Shown: in pieces, positions 57,529-64,000 of the stretch
Numbering within the stretch: the first letter of the stretch is position 1
Layout of the letters: each line of letters starts with the position of its first letter
NCBI GenBank assembly: GCA_020148045.1
Contig: JAHCRG010000016.1
Coordinates: 68 to 64,067 of the forward strand
Length of the DNA stretch: 64,000 nucleotides
Reading direction: 5' to 3'
Source of the DNA: Patescibacteria group bacterium
GTDB lineage: Bacteria > Patescibacteriota > Minisyncoccia > Minisyncoccales > GWA2-38-27
Notes under the pieces: model-generated
What the model was told of the DNA's origin: nothing
Database searches by the model: none
Seen by the model: only the letters and a program-made list of their open reading frames with translations
Made by a program: the position numbers and the translations under genes

Positions 57529-57921
57529 ATGACTAAAAAATATAGAGGATTTACTCTGATTGAATTATTAGTGGTAATTGCTATTATTGGAATTCTTGCC
57601 TCAATCGTTTTGGTTTCTTTAACTACTGCTAGATCCAGGGCTTATGACGCTGAAATAAAGAGTGAATTATCTCAAGTAAGAGCTGATGCAGAAATGTATT
57701 TCATTGATAATGACACATACGTAGCCTATAGTGTGCCAGGCACTTTACTTCCTCCAGATTGCAGTAACGACAGTCTCTATCAAGTTGGCACAAGTGCTAC
57801 AGCATATGCGGCTTGGGCTGGCTTATGTTCAACCACTGCAAACGATTGGTGTGTTGATTCTGCTGGAATGTCTAAAGAAGTAACTGGTGGGGTAACTGCT
57901 GGCGCAACTGTTTGTCCGTAA
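57529..57921 (+). CDS. Type IV pilin, probable major subunit
   Basis: RG/FTLIELLVVIAIIGIL, WCVDS; own promoter and terminator. Confidence 0.93.
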   Translation: MTKKYRGFTLIELLVVIAIIGILASIVLVSLTTARSRAYDAEIKSELSQVRADAEMYFIDNDTYVAYSVPGTLLPPDCSNDSLYQVGTSATAYAAWAGLCSTTANDWCVDSAGMSKEVTGGVTAGATVCP

Positions 57922-57941
57922 AGATATAAAATTTATTTAAT

Positions 57942-57970
57942 CAAAACCCGTTGTTAGCGGGTTTTGGTTT
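57942..57970 (+). terminator. Intrinsic terminator
   Basis: caaaacccg/cgggttttg stem. Confidence 0.7.
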
Positions 57971-58022
57971 ATTCACAGCTTATATTATTGGTATCTGAAT
58001 TTATTTCTGTTACAATAAATTA

Positions 58023-58445
58023 ATGAAATCCTTCACTTTAATTGAAGTATTAGTAGTGGTTACTATCATAGCATTACTCATTAGTATTAATTTGGTTGCT
58101 ATTGGCCATTATCAAGATAAGGCTAGGGACACAGCAATTGCAGCTGGTTTGAGCCAAGTAAGAAAAGTGGCAGCAATGATTTATACTGATGAAAATTCTT
58201 ATGAATTTATCTGTGCTGCGGACAACACTCTTAATGATAGCTATCCGGCTCTGAAAATGATTGAAGATGATGTTAATAAATTCACTGGTGAAAACCCTAC
58301 TTGTTATTCTGAAAGAACTGCTTATTGTGTTCAATCATCTTTACTTTCAGCTGGTGGAGGTTATTTCTGCATAGATTCTACTGGGTTTGCCGACAAGATA
58401 GATGGAGATTATTGTACAGGTACTAGTAAAAATTGCTCTCCCTAA
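58023..58445 (+). CDS. Type IV pilin (paralogue)
   Basis: KS/FTLIEVLVV, FCIDS. Confidence 0.9.
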   Translation: MKSFTLIEVLVVVTIIALLISINLVAIGHYQDKARDTAIAAGLSQVRKVAAMIYTDENSYEFICAADNTLNDSYPALKMIEDDVNKFTGENPTCYSERTAYCVQSSLLSAGGGYFCIDSTGFADKIDGDYCTGTSKNCSP

Positions 58446-58453
58446 AACTTATT

Positions 58454-59245
58454 ATGGGAATTTTTTTTTATCCGATTATTTTTATTTTTGGTTTAGCTGT
58501 AGGTAGTTTTTTGAATTGCGTGATTTACCGGCTTGCCTTTCCAAGGGGCAGGTCTTTTTGTCCCTATTGCAAACACATATTATCTTGGCAAGACCTGATT
58601 CCGGTTTTAAGCTTTTTTATTTTACGAGGCAAATGCCGTTATTGCCTGAAAAAAATATCCTGGCAGTATCCATTAGTGGAGTTAGCTACAGGAATTTTGT
58701 TTATCTTGATATTGAATTATGAATTAGGAATTATGAATTATGAATTTTTTGATTTTAGAACTATTCTTAATTCTTTATTCTTAATTCTTACTTCCTGTTT
58801 TTTAATAATAATTTTTGTTTATGACCTGAAACATTTTATCATCCCCGATAAAATAATCTACCCAGCAATCGTAATTACTTTTTTATATAATTTAATTCTT
58901 AATTCGCAATTCATAATTCATAATTCAATTTTCGCTGCCTTGGGCGCAGCTCTATTTTTTTTATTTATTGTTCTTGTATCCCGGGGTCGCTGGATGGGTC
59001 TCGGCGATGTTAAGTTAGCATTTTTTATTGGTCTTTTTCTTGGCTTCCCCGATATCTTAATTGCCCTATTTTTTGCTTTTCTAATTGGTGCTATAATAGG
59101 AGTAGGACTAATTTTAGCAAAAAGGAAGACCTTAAAAAGCGAAGTGCCCTTCGGACCATTTCTGGTAACCGGCACATTTATTGCTTTATTTTGGGGTCCA
59201 ACAATTATTGATTGGTATCTTAATTTTGTAACCTATAACCTATAA
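58454..59245 (+). CDS. pilD: Prepilin peptidase
   Basis: GSFLN, CPYC, GKCRYC, YDL, MGLGD, PFGPF; ATG 58454. Confidence 0.95.
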   Translation: MGIFFYPIIFIFGLAVGSFLNCVIYRLAFPRGRSFCPYCKHILSWQDLIPVLSFFILRGKCRYCLKKISWQYPLVELATGILFILILNYELGIMNYEFFDFRTILNSLFLILTSCFLIIIFVYDLKHFIIPDKIIYPAIVITFLYNLILNSQFIIHNSIFAALGAALFFLFIVLVSRGRWMGLGDVKLAFFIGLFLGFPDILIALFFAFLIGAIIGVGLILAKRKTLKSEVPFGPFLVTGTFIALFWGPTIIDWYLNFVTYNL

Positions 59246-59251
59246 CTCATA

Positions 59252-59869
59252 ATGACTTGTTCCACGTTTCACTTAATTGCGAAGCAATTACAAGGAGCGA
59301 AGCGACTGGTTCGTGCTTCAAGTTTCAAGAAGAAGGGGTTTTCTCTAACTGAATTTCTGATAGTAATAAGCATTATTGGTATTTTTTCAGCAATAACTTT
59401 TCCTAATTATCGCTCCACTCAGCAGCAACTTATTCTTCAACGCTCAGCAAGTAAATTAGCCCAGAATATAAGGAAAGTTCAGGAGATGGCAATATCGGCA
59501 AAAGAGTGTCCTCCCTCAATCTGTGGAGGGCCGGGGTCAATAATTCCACCAGGATATGGAATTTATCTGAAAAAAGATGATTTAGATTATTTACTATATG
59601 CTGATGTCAATCCAGCAGCTGGAAATGAAAAATACGATTCTGGCAATGATAAAGTAGTAGAAACTATTCCCCTGGAAACAGGAGTAGAAATAAAGAGTGT
59701 TTCCCCGGCCTCTATGAGCATAAATTTTAAGCCACCTGACCCTGAAGTAAAAATATCTGGAACTGATACTGATGATGCCGCCGAGGCAGTAATTACTCTC
59801 GTCGTTGAAGGTACTTCATTTGAGAAAAAAATTATAGTTAATAAAGCAGGCCTAATTTATGTGGAATAA
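59252..59869 (+). CDS. Minor pilin (FimT/GspH-like)
   Basis: KG/FSLTEFLIV, GYGI, NKAGLI. Confidence 0.85.
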   Translation: MTCSTFHLIAKQLQGAKRLVRASSFKKKGFSLTEFLIVISIIGIFSAITFPNYRSTQQQLILQRSASKLAQNIRKVQEMAISAKECPPSICGGPGSIIPPGYGIYLKKDDLDYLLYADVNPAAGNEKYDSGNDKVVETIPLETGVEIKSVSPASMSINFKPPDPEVKISGTDTDDAAEAVITLVVEGTSFEKKIIVNKAGLIYVE

Positions 59870-60476
59870 TAACTTAAAACTTTATTTTTATTCAAAGTTT
59901 CAGGTTTCAGGTTCCATGTTTCACTTAATTGCGAAGCAATTACAAGGAGCGAAGCGACTGATTCGTGTTTCAAGTTTCAAGAAAAGAGGATTCACTATTC
60001 TTGAAGTTATGATTGCTATTTTCGTTGTTACAATTGGAGTATTGGCTGCTCATACTGTGACCCAACAAATAATTTCTTATACTCATCGTTCTGCTTCCCG
60101 GCTTACTGCTATTTACCTTGACAAGGAGGGGATTGAAATTGTCAGGAATATAAGGGATACAAACTGGCTGGAAGAAGAATCCTGGAATTATGGTTTAGGA
60201 GCTGGAGATCGGGAAGCTGATTATACGAATGATCAGAATTTGTATGTTTGTTCTTCTCCTTGTGATCCTGATAATAATCTTAGATTTCTTAAGCTTGGGG
60301 CGGGTGGATTTTATAACTATTCCTCTGGAGTTGATACGAAATTTAAAAGAAAAATTACAATTACACCTGTTGGCAATACCTTGGAAGTTTCTGTTGAAGT
60401 ATGGTGGGAATATAAAGGTGACACTTATGGACCGATTAAAGCTCAAGAAAATTTATATGATTGGTATCCAGAATAA
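59859..60476 (+). CDS. Minor pilin (PilV-like); start uncertain
   Basis: RG/FTILEVMIA, EGIEIVRNIRD. Confidence 0.85.
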   Translation: MWNNNLKLYFYSKFQVSGSMFHLIAKQLQGAKRLIRVSSFKKRGFTILEVMIAIFVVTIGVLAAHTVTQQIISYTHRSASRLTAIYLDKEGIEIVRNIRDTNWLEEESWNYGLGAGDREADYTNDQNLYVCSSPCDPDNNLRFLKLGAGGFYNYSSGVDTKFKRKITITPVGNTLEVSVEVWWEYKGDTYGPIKAQENLYDWYPE

Positions 60477-60516
60477 CAATCATCTAAACATTATGTTTAA
60501 ATGTTAGAATGTTAAA

Positions 60517-61059
60517 ATGAGGAAATGTTTAAATGTTAAAATGAATAGGGGTTTTACCTTAGTAGAGATGATGGTTACTGTGCTTATCTTTTCTATAGTT
60601 ATCGGAACTGTTATCGGGGTTTTTGTCTCAGCTCTTCAAATACAAAGATATAATTTAGCTTATCAACAACTTTTGGACCAGACCAGCTATGCCATGGAAT
60701 ATATGAGCCGGGCAATAAGAATGGCAGTCAAAGATGAGGGTGTAGGTTGTATAAGCTCAGGATTAAATTATCAGAGTGATGCCTCAGGAATAAAATTTGT
60801 AAATTATAAAAGCCAATGTCAAGAGTTTTTATTGGAAGGCGGTCAGCTAAAAGTAGAATTTGATTCAGGAGGTAAAATTCCTCTAACCTCAGATGATTTT
60901 AATGTAACTTCTCTTAGTTTTGGAATTTCTGGCGAATCAGACGAAGATAATCTTCAGCCAAGAGTAACAACCTTTATGGAAATACAAGGGAAGGGCTCGA
61001 AACTTCAGCCAAAAGTAACCATTCAAACTACTATTTCCCAAAGAAACCTTGATTTTTGA
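60517..61059 (+). CDS. Minor pilin (PilW-like); may start at 60541
   Basis: RG/FTLVEMMV, QPRVT, IQTTISQR. Confidence 0.85.
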   Translation: MRKCLNVKMNRGFTLVEMMVTVLIFSIVIGTVIGVFVSALQIQRYNLAYQQLLDQTSYAMEYMSRAIRMAVKDEGVGCISSGLNYQSDASGIKFVNYKSQCQEFLLEGGQLKVEFDSGGKIPLTSDDFNVTSLSFGISGESDEDNLQPRVTTFMEIQGKGSKLQPKVTIQTTISQRNLDF

Positions 61060-61115
61060 CATTGTGGAAAACCCCTTTATTATTATTTTTAAAAATGGTA
61101 AAGTAATGTAGTAGT

Positions 61116-61409
61116 ATGATACCTGAGAAAATAGATAAAAAATCTCTTTTATACTTTATAATTTTTGTAATAACTATCCTTGTTTTTGTTGGCTTTTTCT
61201 ATTATCTTTCTCAAATACTGGAAATGGAAGAAGGGAGGGAGCCGATTAAAGAGGAAAGAATTACCGAAGAGATTCTGAAGCAATTCGGAGCTCCTAATGT
61301 GGAAGGAAGAGAAATCCCAAAAGAAACTTTAAAACAATTCGAAGCTCCCAATGTGGAAGGAAAGGAAATTCCAGAGGAGATTTTAAGACAATTTGGAACT
61401 TCTGAATAA
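61116..61409 (+). CDS. Small single-TM protein with 18-aa repeats
   Basis: IxEExLKQFxAPNVEGxE about 2.7 copies. Confidence 0.75.
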   Translation: MIPEKIDKKSLLYFIIFVITILVFVGFFYYLSQILEMEEGREPIKEERITEEILKQFGAPNVEGREIPKETLKQFEAPNVEGKEIPEEILRQFGTSE

Positions 61410-61506
61410 ATATACCAACCTTTCAACATAAAAAAATAACTAAATTATCGAGGCGGGATCTCCATAACTAATATTATTGAGGTCCAACCTCAATAATTAT
61501 TAAAAT

Positions 61507-61950
61507 ATGAATAAAAAAATCTCTCCAAAATTAGTTGCTTTAATCTTTGCTATTTTAGTTATCTGTTTTGCGATAGGTTTTTATGTCTTTGCCTGGACAG
61601 AGCCGGAAGAAGGTCCTCCCGAAGAAAATGTCTTTGCTCCTTTGAATGTTAGCTCCAACGCCCAAGTTAAAGTTGGTGGTTTAATTCTTAATACCGGCGG
61701 ATTCTCTGTTGGTTTAGCTGTTGATCAGGGCAGCGTCGGCATCGGGACACTAACTCCGGCGGCTGGTTATAAGCTTGACGTAGAAGGAAAGATTCAGGCA
61801 ACCGCCTTTGATACAGGAGATATCACTTTCAGGAACCAGGAAACTAATCAGATACTCTGGAGAATGTTTGAAGATGAAGATGGATTATATCTAGAGAATG
61901 CAAAGACAGGGAAAGTTTACAAGTTTGTCTTAGAGGAATTATCAGAATAA
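61507..61950 (+). CDS. Secreted hypothetical protein with fibre-like motifs
   Basis: Signal peptide, WTEP..PP..NV.APLN, VGIGT..P...LDVEG. Confidence 0.75.
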   Translation: MNKKISPKLVALIFAILVICFAIGFYVFAWTEPEEGPPEENVFAPLNVSSNAQVKVGGLILNTGGFSVGLAVDQGSVGIGTLTPAAGYKLDVEGKIQATAFDTGDITFRNQETNQILWRMFEDEDGLYLENAKTGKVYKFVLEELSE

Positions 61951-62016
61951 TTAAAAAAATAAGGTCAACTCTATTTTTTAAGGAAAAATAACAGGAACAG
62001 TTCCCGTTATATAAAT

Positions 62017-64000
62017 ATGAAAAAGAAAATTTTAGTATTTTTAGTTACAATTATTTTACTTGTTGGCTTTATTGTTCTAAAAGAAGTAAAAGCCGGGAGC
62101 TGGGATAATGTTTATGGCTGGGCTTGGTCAGAAAGGATTGGCTGGATTAGTTTTAATTGCTATAACGATTATGATGGAGACGGGAATTTAGAAAGTCACT
62201 GTACTGATGCTGGATATAATTCAGATTACGGAGTTGATATTAACCTTTCTACAGGTGTTTTTTCCGGCTATGCTTGGTCAGAAAGGATTGGCTGGATTAG
62301 TTTTAATTCTGGAGATCTTGCTGGTTGTCCAAGTGCGCCTTGTGAAGCCCGGTTTGATTCTGATGGAACAACTTGTGGTGCAGTTGGACAGGTTTGTGGT
62401 TGGGCAAGAGCATATCGAGCAATAGAGCCGGAAGGGCAAACCCTTGGCGGTTGGGACGGCTGGATAAAATTAAGAGGAATTGATCAGAACGGTGATCCCT
62501 ATGGAGTTTCTTTTGATTCTGATACTAATGAATTTGAGGGCTGGGCTTGGGCTGGCAACGATAGTTCCGAAGAGGCGGTAATCGGCTGGATTAGTTTTAA
62601 CTGTAAAGACGGAGGTTATGTAGAAGAACATTTCCCCTCCATCACAGGAGAAGCATCGGATGGATTTATTTCGGCATACTCTTCAAGCTATTCAACAGCA
62701 CACTCAACTTCTGATTCTTTTAATATAACAGGTTCTACTCTTAGAGTTGGACAAGAATATATTGAAGCTGGAGTCGGAGAATGTACTGGGACAGCATATG
62801 ATTGTGGGTTGGGTTGGGCGGATCGAATTCATTGTGAACTTACATCTGGTTGTATTTGGGTCGCTTGTGAAGGGACAGCAGCTACTTGCGATAGTTGGGA
62901 TAACAATTATGGTGGTTGTTTAGGTCACGATGGCTGTTATTGGGATGGTTGTACTGGAACAGCAACCGATTGTGAAGATTTTTGGAGTTGGGGAAGTTGT
63001 ACAGGCCAGGATGGTTGTGAATGGATAGAATCAGGGTATGGTGATTATTGTGATGGAACACCAGATTCTTGTGATAACTATGGTGGTGAATGGTCTTGTA
63101 CAGGTCAGGATGGCTGTTCTTGGGATGGTTGTAGTGGGACAGCAACCGATTGTGATAGCTATGATGACGATTGGGCATCTGGCCTTAAATGGGCTTGTGA
63201 AGCTCAATTTGGTTGTTCTTGGCCAGGTTGTTTTGGGGCACCAGATCCTTGTGATAGTTTTGGTAGTGAATCTGATTGTAATTCTCAACCTGGTTGTTCT
63301 TGGGACGAGGGTGAAGATGAAGAGTTTGGTATTAATAGAGGTTATCTTGATTTTGATACTTCAAGCATTCCTGATGGTGCTACTATTACCGATGTAAAAT
63401 TAAGTTTAAAGGCAAGTCAGGATAAATCAGATACTAATTTTGATATAGAAATATATAAATTCAATTGGGCAGAGCCGATAACTTCAGGTAATAGAGAAAC
63501 TAGTTACGATGCTGGTGGAGCTGTTTATGATGGAGATTGGAGAAATACAAGTGGAATGTCGACAGGAGTTTATTATGATTCTCCTTCTTTAGACAACTCT
63601 TGGGTAAATAAAACAGGTGATACAAAATATCAGTTGAGAAGCGGTAGGGATGTAGATGAAGATGCACCTTATGGGGATGAATATATTGAATTTTACTCTG
63701 CAAATTCAGCAGGAAATAAACCCATACTTAAAGTTACTTATACAATAGAAGCTGCTCCAGCAGGAGAACATTATAGTGTCTGTGGAGATTCAAATTACAA
63801 AGTAAAGAGTACTTTAAATCAATCACCCGATAAACCCACAAACCTGAACGAAAGCTGGGGGTGTTGCGGAGGAATGCCCCAGGTAGCTCTTCGCACCTGC
63901 CTAATTTTAAATTGGTCCTATTTTGATCCAGATGGCGATCCCCAGGCAGGATATGAGGTCTGGGTAGATGAAAGTTCTGATTTTAGTAGTCCAAAATTCA
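62017..64000 (+). CDS. Large secreted Cys/Trp-rich surface protein, 3'-truncated (absent from ORF track)
   Basis: Open frame from ATG 62017 to window end; signal peptide, GWAW..IGWISFN repeats, six 4-Cys repeats, DNRLRE-like domain. Confidence 0.9.
   Translation, partial: MKKKILVFLVTIILLVGFIVLKEVKAGSWDNVYGWAWSERIGWISFNCYNDYDGDGNLESHCTDAGYNSDYGVDINLSTGVFSGYAWSERIGWISFNSGDLAGCPSAPCEARFDSDGTTCGAVGQVCGWARAYRAIEPEGQTLGGWDGWIKLRGIDQNGDPYGVSFDSDTNEFEGWAWAGNDSSEEAVIGWISFNCKDGGYVEEHFPSITGEASDGFISAYSSSYSTAHSTSDSFNITGSTLRVGQEYIEAGVGECTGTAYDCGLGWADRIHCELTSGCIWVACEGTAATCDSWDNNYGGCLGHDGCYWDGCTGTATDCEDFWSWGSCTGQDGCEWIESGYGDYCDGTPDSCDNYGGEWSCTGQDGCSWDGCSGTATDCDSYDDDWASGLKWACEAQFGCSWPGCFGAPDPCDSFGSESDCNSQPGCSWDEGEDEEFGINRGYLDFDTSSIPDGATITDVKLSLKASQDKSDTNFDIEIYKFNWAEPITSGNRETSYDAGGAVYDGDWRNTSGMSTGVYYDSPSLDNSWVNKTGDTKYQLRSGRDVDEDAPYGDEYIEFYSANSAGNKPILKVTYTIEAAPAGEHYSVCGDSNYKVKSTLNQSPDKPTNLNESWGCCGGMPQVALRTCLILNWSYFDPDGDPQAGYEVWVDESSDFSSPKF

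Noticed and set aside
62207..63703. Several short ORFs in the track at the window end
   Set aside because: Alternative-frame artefacts of the long open frame starting at 62017.

Overview
AT-rich chromosomal segment whose gene content and order (short InfB, short ValS, VirB2-like pilins, DUF4446, complete type IV pilus locus, few Shine-Dalgarno sites) point to a Patescibacteria/CPR genome, probably Parcubacteria (inference). It carries housekeeping genes (mutM, holA, rpsT, ruvA, murE-like, rtcB, infB, rbfA, rplS, ftsH, rpsA-like, gyrA, valS, tsaD, recG, comF), 15 tRNA genes, an 8-kb glycosyltransferase/Wzm-Wzt block and an ~18-kb pil locus with large surface proteins. I saw no integrase, transposase, CRISPR array or rRNA. 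Most notable: (1) a complete Ile/Leu leader-peptide transcription attenuator upstream of a stand-alone CimA/LeuA allosteric domain with no catalytic partner; (2) pervasive, sequence-diverse 7-bp tandem arrays, often in inverted pairs, that also sit in frame inside essential genes; (3) an ORF-less ~120-nt structured RNA with its own promoter and terminator; (4) DnaA-box-like 9-mers in pilus and cell-wall promoters; (5) unusual tRNA biology (Ile-UAU, Arg-GCG, covarying elbow bases, stop codons inside tRNAs, tRNA-like repeats bracketing cassette genes). All calls are by eye; coordinates may be off by a few bases.
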